A DNA stretch of 64,000 nucleotides from Candidatus Omnitrophota bacterium. Its GTDB lineage: Bacteria > Omnitrophota > Gorgyraeia > Zapsychrales > Zapsychraceae. Every line of letters starts with the position of its first letter. Position 1 is the stretch's first letter. This document shows, one piece after another, positions 17,352-28,600 of this stretch. The stretch lies in contig JAGQKV010000016.1 in assembly GCA_020429915.1 (NCBI GenBank), positions 69,137 through 133,136 on the forward strand, written 5' to 3'. The notes beneath the pieces are model-generated. The model had not been told where the DNA came from and searched no databases. It saw nothing but the letters and a program-made list of their open reading frames with translations. The position numbers were made by a program, and so were the translations under genes.

Positions 17352-18944
17352 ATGCGTAAAATCTTTCTGATCTTTGCCTCGCTGGTGATTTTGCATACCG
17401 TTCTGGCGGCCTTTTACTACCCGCCGCTGTTGTGGTCGTTGCTCGTCCTCGGACCATTGCTGGCGCTGGGGACGTACGACTTTTTCCAGCACCGTCACGC
17501 GATCCTGCGCAATTATCCCATCCTCGGTCATTTTCGTTACCTTCTTGAAGAGATTCGTCCTGAAATTTATCAGTACTTTATCGAAAGCAATACCTCCGGG
17601 CGGCCCTATCACCGCGAGGACCGTTCCCTGATTTATCAGCGCGCCAAGGGCGTACTCGATACGCTGCCCTTCGGCACGCAGCAGAACTTGTATGATATCG
17701 GCTACGAATGGGTCAATCATTCGCTGCGCCCGACGCATGTCCTGCCCGAAGCCCTGCGGGTGACCATCGGCGGGATCGACTGCAAGCAACCTTACCAGGC
17801 CAGCATCCTGAACATCAGCGCGATGAGTTACGGATCGCTGAGCAAGAACGCGATCATGGCCCTGAACCGCGGCGCCAAGATCGGCGGTTTCGCGCACAAT
17901 ACCGGCGAAGGCAGCATCAGCCCGTATCATCAACAGGGCGGCGATTTAATCTGGCAGATCGGCACCGGATATTTCGGCTGCCGGACCCCCGAGGGCAAGT
18001 TTTGTGAAGAGACCTTTGCCGACCGGGCCGCATTGCCACAGGTCAAGATGATCGAGGTCAAGCTGTCCCAGGGCGCCAAGCCGGGACACGGCGGAATCCT
18101 GCCGGGCAGCAAAGTGACCGAGGAAATCGCTGCCATTCGCGGTGTCCCCATGGGCCGGGACGTACTATCCCCGCCGGGGCATACCGCTTTTAGCACGCCG
18201 CTGGAGTTGCTGGGATTTCTGCAGAAGTTACGCGAACGCAGCGGCGGCAAACCGGTGGGCTTTAAACTGTGCGTAGGTAAACGCCGCGAATTTATTGCCA
18301 TCTGCAAGGCGATGATCGAGACCGGCATCACACCCGACTTCATCACCGTCGACGGCGGTGAGGGCGGGACCGGGGCCGCCCCGCTGGAGTTTTCCAACAG
18401 CATCGGCTCGCCGCTGGTGGAGGGGTTAATCTTCGTCAGCAACTGCCTGACCGGATTCGATCTGCGTCACCGGATCAAGATCATTGCCAGCGGCAAGGTC
18501 AGCACCGGTTTCGGTATCATCAAGCGTATCGCCATCGGCGCGGATGTGTGCTGCGCGGCGCGCGCGATGATGATGTCGCTGGGATGCATTCAGGCGCTGA
18601 AGTGCAACACCAACAAATGCCCCACCGGCGTAGCCACCCAAGACCCGGCGCTGATTAAGGGATTGATCGTCGAAGACAAGGACAAACGGGTCGCCAACTT
18701 TCACAAGGAAACGGTCGAGAGCGTGGCCGAGATGCTGGGGGCGATGGGGTTGCATCATACCGCGGACCTGCGACCGTGGCACGTCGTCCGCCGGGTCAGC
18801 GCCACCAAGGTGAGACACTACGGGGAATTGTACCGCTACGTGGACCCCGGATCCCTGCTTAACGAACCGTATCCCGAACATTACGTCAGGGCCATGCAGT
18901 CATCCGCGTCCGATACCTTTGAGTACCGGGCCTTGCATGGCTGA
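17352..18944 (+). CDS. Membrane-anchored FMN-binding glutamate synthase family protein (GltB domain-2-like, COG0069)
   Basis: N-terminal TM helix. ISAMSYGSLS, KLSQGAKPGHGG and DGGEGGTGAAP motifs. Confidence 0.85.
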   Translation: MRKIFLIFASLVILHTVLAAFYYPPLLWSLLVLGPLLALGTYDFFQHRHAILRNYPILGHFRYLLEEIRPEIYQYFIESNTSGRPYHREDRSLIYQRAKGVLDTLPFGTQQNLYDIGYEWVNHSLRPTHVLPEALRVTIGGIDCKQPYQASILNISAMSYGSLSKNAIMALNRGAKIGGFAHNTGEGSISPYHQQGGDLIWQIGTGYFGCRTPEGKFCEETFADRAALPQVKMIEVKLSQGAKPGHGGILPGSKVTEEIAAIRGVPMGRDVLSPPGHTAFSTPLELLGFLQKLRERSGGKPVGFKLCVGKRREFIAICKAMIETGITPDFITVDGGEGGTGAAPLEFSNSIGSPLVEGLIFVSNCLTGFDLRHRIKIIASGKVSTGFGIIKRIAIGADVCCAARAMMMSLGCIQALKCNTNKCPTGVATQDPALIKGLIVEDKDKRVANFHKETVESVAEMLGAMGLHHTADLRPWHVVRRVSATKVRHYGELYRYVDPGSLLNEPYPEHYVRAMQSSASDTFEYRALHG

Positions 18945-18965
18945 GCCCAACAATCCAGGAGACGC

Positions 18966-19251
18966 CATGACCGATCCCGACCGCATCCCCATGAAGTGGG
19001 AAGAAGAGACGGAGAGAAAATTCAACATTGTCCTCGAACAGATTCCGGCGTTGATCCGGGGCGTCGCCGAAACCTTGGTCAGCAAGAAGGCGGTGCGCAT
19101 CGTACGCGAAGACAACCGCCAGCTGGTCGAGGAAAAAGACATGGTGGCCGCCTTTTTCTCGGAGACGCCGGCCGGATTCCGCAAGGATATGATCCGCAGT
19201 CTTGAGGAACTGGGAGTGGACTACAAAGCCTACGGGTTCAACGCCGACTAG
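18966..19251 (+). CDS. PCP_red-domain (protochlorophyllide reductase ChlB C-terminal-like) family protein
   Basis: MKWEEETERKFNIVLEQIPALIRGVA matches the PCP_red core (W..E....IP..R). RBS aggaga upstream of the ATG at 18966. Confidence 0.5.
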
Positions 19252-19260
19252 GAGCCGTCT

Positions 19261-19695
19261 GTGGAGTCCCGACCAAACCCGATTTCGGCCCGGGCCGGGG
19301 TCCTGGCCTGTTACGCCCTGGCGCTGTTGTGCCTGGCCGGAGGCGGCTATCGGACCCGTCAGTTGACGACACTGGCAAACGATGGTGTCACGGTCGCCGC
19401 TGTTGTCGACGGTATCCATCGCGGGACCAAAGGACTGAAGTCCGCCGAACTGCGTTTTACCACGCGGGAGGGCGAGGAGATTACGGCCCGGGATATTTTG
19501 CCCATGATGATCTTTCGTTTCAGGAAAGGCGACAGCGTCCGGGTGATTTATCACCCGCCGGATCCCCGGCTTGTCACCGTAGATTTGGGGAGATGGATTT
19601 GGCTGCAGCCGGTCGTATTTTTTGCGGGCGCAGTCCTCCTGACCGTCCTGGCTATTGTGATGCCGCGAAGGCCCGCGCCTCCGGTGAAGAATTAA
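19261..19695 (+). CDS. DUF3592-like membrane protein
   Basis: TM - beta-rich middle - TM architecture. 144 aa. Confidence 0.45.
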   Translation: MESRPNPISARAGVLACYALALLCLAGGGYRTRQLTTLANDGVTVAAVVDGIHRGTKGLKSAELRFTTREGEEITARDILPMMIFRFRKGDSVRVIYHPPDPRLVTVDLGRWIWLQPVVFFAGAVLLTVLAIVMPRRPAPPVKN

Positions 19696-19735
19696 CGTGA
19701 CGTCCGGTCGGAAGACGAACAACTGATCAGGCCAT

Positions 19736-20365
19736 TTGTTTATGAAAGATGCCCATCCCGTCGTTTACACCATCGGCCATTCCAATCACACTTTGGCCAA
19801 GTTTATCGCGTTATTACAGGGGCAGCAGATTAATGTGCTGGTGGATGTGCGCAGCGCGCCTTACAGCAAGTATGTCTCGCATTTTAACAAAGACGCATTG
19901 AAGGAGGCGGTGGAAGGCGCAGGCATGTCTTATGTCTATATGGGGAATGTCCTCGGCGGACGCTGGCTGGATCCGGAATTGTGTTTTTCCGACGGGACCG
20001 TCGACTACGGCCTGGTCGCGCAGACCGACGAGTTTCGTAAGGGATTGCAGACGCTGATCAAGAATATCCGCAACGGCGCGCGGGCCGCCCTGATGTGCTG
20101 CGAGAAAGACCCCTACGATTGTCACCGCTTCGCGCTTGATGCGCGCTTCCTTCAAGAGGAAGGGGTGGCGGTCCGGCATATCCTGGAGGATGGGCGGGTC
20201 ATCGAAAACAGTGATCTGGAAGCGCGGCTGTTGGCGGACTATCCGACGGCCATCGATTTGTTCAGCGCCACGCCGGACAAAGGCCAGGCCTTGGTCCGGG
20301 CCTATGAAGACCGCAATCGGGATATCGCCTATGTCCTGGATTTGGGGAGCCAATCCCGGTCGTGA
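19736..20365 (+). CDS. DUF488 family protein
   Basis: YTIGHSNH...VLVDVRSAPYS and the LGG/CCEKDPYDCHR motifs typical of DUF488. Confidence 0.75.
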   Translation: MFMKDAHPVVYTIGHSNHTLAKFIALLQGQQINVLVDVRSAPYSKYVSHFNKDALKEAVEGAGMSYVYMGNVLGGRWLDPELCFSDGTVDYGLVAQTDEFRKGLQTLIKNIRNGARAALMCCEKDPYDCHRFALDARFLQEEGVAVRHILEDGRVIENSDLEARLLADYPTAIDLFSATPDKGQALVRAYEDRNRDIAYVLDLGSQSRS

Positions 20366-20397
20366 ATTTCACACAGGAGTATGGTAGAATAGCCCTC

Positions 20398-21027
20398 ATG
20401 CGTCCTTCCCGATTAATGATCAGCCTTCTGGCCGCGGTCCTGTTGATTTTGCCGGGATATGCCGGTGCCCAGGAATCCACACGTATCTTGTGGCGCGATG
20501 AACCGCGGCAACAACTTCACATCAACCGTGACTATATTAACAGCTCGCCCGAGCACATCCGCGCGATCCTCGCGTTCTTGAGCACACGCGCGGGCACGGC
20601 CTGCCAACAGACCGAGCCGAACGTGATCGCCGTCGATCTGAACGACCCGGACCTGCTCGAGATGGGGTTGGCCGACTTGTTTACGCCGGCCAAACTGGCC
20701 TGTGAACTGACCGCCGGAGTGGGGTATGACGACCAGTGTTCCGAAGAGCACATCCGCTTCGTCAAGAAATGGTTCCGTCGCGATGCGGCCATATTTCAGG
20801 AGCTGGACAGCTGCGCGCGGGCGGCGGCGACCGACGGGAACCGGACCGTGTTCGATCTTCTGGAAATAGAAGCGGACGCGGCGGCGGTCACGGTCCGCTA
20901 CACGATCACCCAGTGGAATCCCTTCGGCACCAAGACGGAGTCGTTCTCCGACCGTTACGAGCTGCAATACGACACCCTGCAGCGGACCGCGCACGAGATC
21001 GTCGACAGCAATATGGCGCGTTTCTGA
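20398..21027 (+). CDS. Hypothetical secreted protein
   Basis: Signal peptide MRPSRLMISLLAAVLLILPGYAGAQ. An alternative ATG at 20362 overlaps the DUF488 stop. Confidence 0.45.
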   Translation: MRPSRLMISLLAAVLLILPGYAGAQESTRILWRDEPRQQLHINRDYINSSPEHIRAILAFLSTRAGTACQQTEPNVIAVDLNDPDLLEMGLADLFTPAKLACELTAGVGYDDQCSEEHIRFVKKWFRRDAAIFQELDSCARAAATDGNRTVFDLLEIEADAAAVTVRYTITQWNPFGTKTESFSDRYELQYDTLQRTAHEIVDSNMARF

Positions 21028-21224
21028 AGCCGCCTTTTTCTTCCTTTCAAAGAGCCTTGACCACGCCTCACCGCACAGATTTATTTTCCGGCGAAGCAAA
21101 GAGCGGCTCCGGCGTTTTCAGCCGGGCGCGCCATTACGTAGTTTTACATATTGTTACGAATATCACCGGCTGATAAGATACTTTGATAAAGTAAGTGGAC
21201 CATCTTCACGGGGGGAATCGAATT

Positions 21225-22667
21225 ATGGCAAAATCCATTCTTGGCGTCGTTCTCATTGGAATTCCGCTGATGAGTACGGCTGTTTACGCACAGTCCGGCC
21301 TGCCGACTGAAATCAGTTCGCAAACCAAAGATTGTCTGACCTGTCATCAGGACCAGACGCCTGTCATCTATGAGCAATGGGGGACCAGCAAACACTTTCG
21401 TGCGAATGTGGGATGTTATGAGTGCCACATGGCCAACGAAGGGGAGCCCGATGCGTTTGATCATTACGGCCAGTTGATCTCCGTCATTGTGTCGCCGACC
21501 GATTGCGCGCGGTGCCATGCCAAGGAGGTAAAGGAGTTTAATGCGTCGCATCACTCCAAGGGCGGGCGGATCATCGGGTCGCTGGATAACCGGTTGGCGG
21601 AAGTCGTCGAAGGAAATCGCGCCATGATGACACCGGGTTTCCCGGAAGGGAACTCCGCTGCGGCGGTCATGGGCTGTTGGCAATGCCACGGTTCCGTGGT
21701 TAAGGTGTTGGAGGACGGGTCGTTGGATCCGGCCACCTGGCCGAATACCGGTATCGGCCGGATCAATCCCGACGGATCCGAAGGTTCCTGTTCGGCCTGT
21801 CACGCCCGCCACGAGTTTTCCGTGGTGCAGGCGCGCGCTCCGGAGAATTGCGGCCGTTGCCATATGGGACCGGACCACCCGCAGAAGGAAATTTACGAAG
21901 AATCCAAACACGGGATCGCCTTTTATTCCCATCGCGAAAAGATGAATCTCGACAATGAGAAATGGATTCTCGGCGAAGATTACAGCGCAGCGCCCACCTG
22001 CGCCACTTGCCATATGAGCGCTACCACCGACCAGCCGGTCACGCACGACGTGGGATTGCGCATCAGCTGGAATAACCGTCCGGTCACTTCGATCCGTCCG
22101 GAGGTGTCGGATGCCAAACTCGGCCTGCCGGGTAAGGATATTCCATGGGACACCCGTCGCGAAAATATGAAGAACGTGTGTCTGCACTGCCATAATCAGA
22201 ATTACGTCGATAACTTTTATGTGCAGTACGACGCCCTTATCGAACTGTACAACAACAAGTTCGCCGTTCCCGGCCGGGACCTGATGGCGTTGGCCAAGCC
22301 GCTGCTGAAGCCCAGCGTGTTCTCAAATAAACTCGATTTTATCTGGTTTGAGATTTGGCATCACGAAGGACGGCGCGCGCGGCACGGTGCGTCCATGATG
22401 GGGCCTGACTACACGCATTGGCACGGCACGTATGAAGTGGCCAAACGGTTTTATACCGAGTTGATTCCTGAACTGGAGGAATTGGCCGAGAAGTATATGG
22501 CCGATGAGGATCCGCAAAAGGCCGAGCAGGCGCAGAAGCTGATGCACAAGATCGAGGAAGTCCTGAATTCCACCGATCACAAGTGGTATCTTGACAAGAT
22601 GGATCCTGAGGAGAAGACCCGCCGTCAGCAGGCCGCGGAGGAATTCAAGAAGCAGTACCAACCGTAA
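21225..22667 (+). CDS. Octaheme c-type cytochrome, hydroxylamine-oxidoreductase (HAO/epsilon-Hao)-like
   Basis: Signal peptide. Eight CxxCH motifs (CLTCH, CYECH, CARCH, CWQCH, CSACH, CGRCH, CATCH, CLHCH). The spacing and long helical C-terminus resemble the HAO family. Confidence 0.75.
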   Translation: MAKSILGVVLIGIPLMSTAVYAQSGLPTEISSQTKDCLTCHQDQTPVIYEQWGTSKHFRANVGCYECHMANEGEPDAFDHYGQLISVIVSPTDCARCHAKEVKEFNASHHSKGGRIIGSLDNRLAEVVEGNRAMMTPGFPEGNSAAAVMGCWQCHGSVVKVLEDGSLDPATWPNTGIGRINPDGSEGSCSACHARHEFSVVQARAPENCGRCHMGPDHPQKEIYEESKHGIAFYSHREKMNLDNEKWILGEDYSAAPTCATCHMSATTDQPVTHDVGLRISWNNRPVTSIRPEVSDAKLGLPGKDIPWDTRRENMKNVCLHCHNQNYVDNFYVQYDALIELYNNKFAVPGRDLMALAKPLLKPSVFSNKLDFIWFEIWHHEGRRARHGASMMGPDYTHWHGTYEVAKRFYTELIPELEELAEKYMADEDPQKAEQAQKLMHKIEEVLNSTDHKWYLDKMDPEEKTRRQQAAEEFKKQYQP

Positions 22668-22799
22668 TTTGCCAGATCAATGTTCGTCGTCAAGCCGCCA
22701 GCCATCCGGTTGGCGGCTTGCCACATATAAGTTGACCCCGACCGGAATCTCCCCTAAAATCATCCCACATAACCTTATTTGTGAAATACATACTTAATC

Positions 22800-22832
22800 A
22801 GTGGATACTGTTCGTATCCCGTATCACTTATC
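22800..22832 (-). repeat. Reverse-orientation copy of the GGGATAAGTGATACGGGATA octamer element, with an adjacent 6-bp palindrome (ggatac/gtatcc)
   Basis: The reverse complement of tatcccgtatcacttatcccg. Confidence 0.4.
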
Positions 22833-22847
22833 CCGAAACAGCACGTC

Positions 22848-23510
22848 ATGAAAAACGAACCCCTCATCAAGAAAACACTCCGCACTCTCCGCCGGGCGGT
22901 GAACCAGTCCGGGTTGGATGAAAAGGACGCGGGCTCCGATCCGATCGCGTTGTTCGAAAAGTGGATCGTCACGGCGGTGGAGAAGGAGGCGTTCGAACCC
23001 AACGCGATGGTGCTGGCCACCGCGTCGCCGGACGGTCATCCCACCGCGCGCACCGTTTTGCTCAAGGACTACGGACCGGACGGTTTTGTTTTTTTTACCA
23101 ACTATGCCAGTCGCAAGGGAGAGCAGTTGACCGCCAATCCGCGCGCGGGCCTTGTGTTTTACTGGGGGATCCTGATGCGCCAGGTGCTTATTGACGGGAG
23201 CATAACCAGGACCGACCGGAAAACTTCCGAAGAGTACTTTCATTCCCGCCCGCGCGGCAGCCGGCTGGCCGCGCTCGTTTCCGCCCAGAGCCGTCCCGTC
23301 GCTAATCGCGCCGAACTCGAGCAGTTGCTTAAAGACGCTGAAGAGAAGTACAAGGACAGCGAAGTCCCGTGTCCGGAAGGTTGGGGAGGATATGTCCTGA
23401 ATCCCACACGCATCGAATTCTGGCAGGGCCGGGCGGATCGAATGCATGACCGCTTGTGCTATACGCGCGTTTCTGACGGAAACTGGAAACTTGAGCGCCT
23501 GGCGCCCTGA
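22848..23510 (+). CDS. pdxH: Pyridoxamine 5'-phosphate oxidase
   Basis: MVLATASPDGHPTARTVLLKDY..GFVFFTNYASRKG and C-terminal WGGYVLNPTRIEFWQGRADRMHDR. Confidence 0.85.
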   Translation: MKNEPLIKKTLRTLRRAVNQSGLDEKDAGSDPIALFEKWIVTAVEKEAFEPNAMVLATASPDGHPTARTVLLKDYGPDGFVFFTNYASRKGEQLTANPRAGLVFYWGILMRQVLIDGSITRTDRKTSEEYFHSRPRGSRLAALVSAQSRPVANRAELEQLLKDAEEKYKDSEVPCPEGWGGYVLNPTRIEFWQGRADRMHDRLCYTRVSDGNWKLERLAP

Positions 23511-23846
23511 TAGTGATTGGGGATTTGAATCAAGAGTGTGTATTTGAATCCATCTTGCGGAAATCGTATTCACCTATTTGGCCTCTTACTATCCAAATCA
23601 AACCGAACTTCTGCTCGGTGTAATCAATGTCTCCTGGCCGTAAACTGTTCTAATCCCAAATCACTAATCCCACCTTGCACCTCCCCGCATCCTGATGACA
23701 ACTTGTTTACAACAATTTACATCCCCATGACAACTCCCCCCGCGGATTGTGCGAAACTTTTAGCGGTTGATTTGATTCCGCGGTCCGCAGTTCTTTCCCA
23801 GGGTCGTTGATATAGACAAACATTTAATTTCATCAGGAGACATGTT

Positions 23847-25235
23847 ATGTCCAATAAAAGTGTATTGTTTGTATCGATATTCAGCATCTCGCTGGTGCTG
23901 GCCCTGATCGGTTTCACCGCGTGCCCTTCCCTTTACGGTCATCAGATTTTTCCTCAATACGGTCGCGGATCCTACGGCGACCACGGTTCCATATCCTTTT
24001 ATCATGAATTCGATCACCCGGTCGTTCTCACGGACCGGCCCAACCGCGTTGTGCTGCGCGTCGGGGCAAAAGCGCCCCTGGCCAGCGCAAGTTGGGAACG
24101 GCTGCCGTTAAACCTGGCGATCGTACTCGACCAGTCCGGCTCAATGCGCAGCCAGGACAAGATACAGAACGCCAAACGGGGGGCGATCGACATGATCCGC
24201 CAGCTTAATAAAGATGATGTCGTGTCCTTGATCGTTTTTTCCACTTCGGCAGAGATCATGATCCCGGCCCAGCATTTGACGGACAAGTCCAAATTCATCC
24301 GCGCCATCCGCAGTATTCGTGCCGACGGTTCCACGGCGTTGTATGACGGGCTGGAATGCGCCTTGCGGGAACTGAAGCGGCATGCGTCGTCCGGTTATCT
24401 CAACCGTATCGTGTTGTTGTCCGATGGGCTGGCGAACATCGGTCCGCAGGACAATAATGTCTTCCTCCGGTTGGGCAGCCGCAATATGGAAGAGGGAATC
24501 CATGTCTCGGCGATCGGCCTGGGGCTGGATTTTAATTCCGAGTTGCTGACCGGGTTGGCCGAGAACAGCGGGGGGAATTATTATTACGCCCGGCACGGCC
24601 ATCAATTGCCCGATATTTTCAACCGGGAGATCAACCGCAGCATAACGATACTGGCCCAGGATGTCCGCATTCGCGTCCATACCATCAACGGCAGCCGCAC
24701 CGGCGGGGTCATCGGGCCTGCCAATGTCGTGGACACCCAGACGGCGGAGACCTGGATCCCGTTTATGTATGCCGGCGACGACAAATACCGGCTCGTCGAG
24801 ATCGATCTGCCTGTACTCGACCGTGAAAAAGAGTTCACGGTCGCCCGGTTGGATATCCAGTATTACGATCCGTTTGCGGGACAGACCAAGTATGTGCACG
24901 AGTTGTTGTCCGTGGACGGCAGCAACGATGACCGCTTGGTCGAGCGGCAAACCAACAGGGACGTGATCAAGGACAGTTACCTCAGGCGGATGGCCGTGCA
25001 AAAGGAAGAAGCGGTCCGCTACGCCCGGTCCGGGGACTACCGGGGGGCCGCGCGCGTGATGATCAATACCAGTGTGGAGCTGCAGAACGCGGCCGATCAA
25101 TACAATGATCCGGAGCTGCGGCGGGCCTCGCAACAAAACCGCCGGAGTTACCGCCAGATCATGGATGAAGGCGAGGTCTCCCTGGAGCTGATGAATTCGG
25201 AGATCATGAATATTAATCAGGAGTTTTGGGGGTGA
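23847..25235 (+). CDS. von Willebrand factor A domain protein (YfbK-like: N-terminal TM, VWA with MIDAS, C-terminal helical domain)
   Basis: DQSGSM (DxSxS MIDAS), GSTALYDGL, VLLSDGLAN. Confidence 0.8.
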   Translation: MSNKSVLFVSIFSISLVLALIGFTACPSLYGHQIFPQYGRGSYGDHGSISFYHEFDHPVVLTDRPNRVVLRVGAKAPLASASWERLPLNLAIVLDQSGSMRSQDKIQNAKRGAIDMIRQLNKDDVVSLIVFSTSAEIMIPAQHLTDKSKFIRAIRSIRADGSTALYDGLECALRELKRHASSGYLNRIVLLSDGLANIGPQDNNVFLRLGSRNMEEGIHVSAIGLGLDFNSELLTGLAENSGGNYYYARHGHQLPDIFNREINRSITILAQDVRIRVHTINGSRTGGVIGPANVVDTQTAETWIPFMYAGDDKYRLVEIDLPVLDREKEFTVARLDIQYYDPFAGQTKYVHELLSVDGSNDDRLVERQTNRDVIKDSYLRRMAVQKEEAVRYARSGDYRGAARVMINTSVELQNAADQYNDPELRRASQQNRRSYRQIMDEGEVSLELMNSEIMNINQEFWG

Positions 25236-25272
25236 TACAGTGATGAGTGATGGGTGATGAGTGATGATGGTA
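25236..25272 (+). repeat. Tandem octamer array GTGATGAG TGATGGG TGATGAG TGATGATGG directly 3' of the vWA gene stop
   Basis: Read directly. A variant of the GTGATAAG family. Confidence 0.45.
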
Positions 25273-25601
25273 TTCGACGCGGCGGGATATTCGCCCAGCT
25301 GCCACAGCCCCTTGCTGACATCACTCAGCACGCACCACTCATTATTTTTCAGTTATCCCGAAGCACCCACCCCCGCCGGGATATCCCGGCCGGAGAGGCT
25401 CCGCTGGCGTTAACTCTCCGGTCGGTCCCCGGCGGCCCTTTAGTATTTGATATTACAGGAATACTATGATATCTTAAAAGTGTCCTGCGGGACGAACATT
25501 CCCCAATCCTACCGAATTTTACCCGACTTTAGTTGCAGCATTTTGTCCTTCCGGGCTGTTTTGTGTCCCGGAATTTATCGGTTTTAAAGGTGTAACCATC
25601 T

Positions 25602-28600
25602 ATGTCTATTAGGCTTACAAGAAAGAGTCCGACTGTCCGGCCGCTGGTCGCGATGCTGCTGATCGCCCTGCTCGGGGGGCTGATCACGCCGCCCGCCGTG
25701 CGGGCGGAGACGGTCCTCGACCTGCCCGAACCCGGCAGTCTGGTGACGCTCAGCGCGCCTTACGCGCCGGCACAACTGATGGGCATCAACGTCGACCCGC
25801 ATCGGCCGCTGGCCTTCGATTTCATCATTGATCAGGGCGACGACCGGCTGGAAGGGGACCATCTGCAGCAAGAAGGGGCGCGGCTGGTGAAGTACTTTTT
25901 GGCCTCACTGACCGTTCCGGAGGACGAGATGTGGGTCAATCTTTCTCCGTACGAGGAGAACCGCATTATTCCTGCGGATTTCGGCCGTACGCAAATGGGC
26001 CGCGATCTGCTCGCCCTGGACTACATGCTCAAGCAATTGTCCTCGACTCTGATGCATCCGGACGACCGTCTGGGCAGCGACTTCTGGCAGCGCGTCTACC
26101 AAAAGGCGCAGGAGCGTTTCGGCACCACCGACATCCCGGTCAATACCTTCAATAAAATCTGGATCGTTCCCGAACAGGCGACCGTTTACGAACATCCCGG
26201 CGGCGCGTTTATCGTGGACAGTCATCTGAAAGTCATGCTCGAAGAAGATTACCTGGCGTTGCAGGCCAATCAGGACAGCACCAAGCACGGCTTGGGGGAT
26301 ATGACCGTCGATAAAGTCGAGGTGATCAGCGGGGTTTCCGGGGAGATCGTGCGTTCGGTCCTGCTGCCGGAAATCGAACGGGAGGTCAACTCCGGCCGGA
26401 CCTTTGCCAAATTGCGGCAGATCTATCATGCCATGTTGCTGGCGTCCTGGTACAAGAAACGGTTGAAGGAGAGTTTTCTGGGTCAGATTTACGTCGACAA
26501 AAAACGCGTGGAAGGAATCGACATCCGTGACCGGGAAATCAACCACAAAATATACGAACAGTACGTCGCGTCTTTCAAGAAAGGCGTGTTCAACCTGATC
26601 AAAGAAGACACCGATCCGGAGACGCATGAGGTAATTCCGCGCAAGTATTTCTCCGGCGGGGTGGAACTCAACGGCGACCAGGCCACGCTGTCCGCCGTCG
26701 ACACGGCCGGTGACGCCGCGCTGCGCGAACACGTCCGGTCGGCGGCACGGCGCCTGCAGGCGGGACTGCGAATGACCGTCGGATTGAACGAAGCCGGTCC
26801 GCAACGCAGCGACCGCGCCATGCTCAGCCACGATCAGGCCGTGGTCGAGGGTGTCGCCCAACGGGTTGCCCGGGAAGAGACGGATGAATCTTCGGAGGCG
26901 TTCCGGCAGTGGTACGACGAAATCCTGGGGGCCTTTCGACTACGCTTCGGCATGATCAGCGGATATCTTGAGGGAGACGACGCGCACAGTCTGGAAGCCT
27001 ATCTGCAATTCAACCGTAACGATGTGATCAATTTATTCGATGCCCGCAATCTCCTCAAGAAAACGGACGACTCCGGACGGCCCACCCTGCTGGAGCTGGG
27101 GTCCGGCGACACCCGGGTGGCCTTGGCGATCGCGCAGCGCAATCCCGGCATGGACGTCATCGCCACCGACGTCTGGCAGACCGACCCCAAGGATTCCCTG
27201 CGCCAATATGTCGTCGATGCACGGGCCTTTGAAGACGGACTGCTCCCCGCCCAGACAACGCCATTGTCCAACCTCGCGGCGGTCCGCGCGCAGGCCGATC
27301 TTATCGGTCACCTGCCCGACGGATCGCTTGACTATATTCTCTTGGTGAACCCCTCCCGCGGGGCGATATACGATCTGGTGGTGATGGCCCGGGAATTCGG
27401 TTTGGCCGACAAACTGCGGCCCGGGGGTCAAATCATAATGAAGGCCACGAATGCCGTGGAACCGTTTTTCAATCTCATGAACGACAGTTTTCACTTTTTG
27501 GCCGTCGACGACTTTGAATTTCTCGGTGTGGATTTGCATGCCGAGTCCGCGTGGCAGGAAGATTTCCTGAAAGGCAACGTCTACGTTGGTTCCCGGCTGG
27601 AAGATATGCTCGGTGAGTTGTATCAACTGGATGTCCCGCGACAAAAGATCGGCGATAATGCCGTTCTGGCGATGGTGGCGGATATGGCCACACGTTACCA
27701 CATGGAGTCCAACATGGTGGAAAGCATTATCGCCAATAATCTGGACGTCGATATATTTGTCGGCGGTCTCATTACGGAAATTAAACGCCGGAATCCCGCC
27801 AGCGAGATGACACCGGAGGCTATGCAAAAATATCTGCGTCGACGCGGTTATCTGATCGCGGGTATTCTCGACCAGCAGGTGGTGTCCGAAGCGTTTAACA
27901 TGATCGAGGAGCCGGTCAATCCCGAGGATGATCCATGGGTGTATGCCATCGATGGGGATGCCTATCAGACGATTTTGCGGGGGGCGCTCAATACCGGAAG
28001 CATGGCCCGTCAGCTGGCGCGGATGCGCGGCGTGGCGCGAAAGCTTTGGGACCTGCGCACGGGTGTCGGTATGTACATGAAGTCCGCCGGACCTCACACG
28101 CGGAAGTATCTTGATGAAATGAACGCTGCCGACCGCCAACGGGTGGCGGAAATTCAGCAGATCTATGGCGTCTCTGAAAGCGTGGCCGTGGCCCGTCTGC
28201 TGAATCAGAAGGATGTCGACGAACGGCAGCGGGTAGCGATACGCTCGATGGAACACACGGCAAGCGCCGCGGTGGATCCGTTCGGAAAACTGTCCGTCCT
28301 GGCGACCTGGTTTGCCACGGCAGCCATGGTCGGCGATTTCGACACGACGGTTCGTGCGGAATTTCAGGGGCTTCACCGGGACCTGCAACAGCTGAACCTC
28401 GCGCTGCGGGCCTTTGCCTCGCAGGATCCCATGCAGCCCGATTTCCGTTACACCCGGATTTATGATTTCGAGGCGCGCTGGCAAAGTCTGGAGCGGACCA
28501 TTCGTGATTATATGGGGCTCATTCGGGAAGTGGCCCAACGTCCGACGACCCAATTGGAAGACAGTGAGCACATGGTGGACAGGATGAGCGAGCTCATCGA

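Noticed and set aside
25276-25601. 326-bp gap upstream of the giant gene as a possible ncRNA (RNase P or 6S)
   Set aside because: No RNase P P4 consensus (AGGAAAGUCCGG) or other recognisable ncRNA signature. It is more likely a promoter/UTR containing small palindromes (ccgggatatcccgg; ccggagag..ctctccgg).
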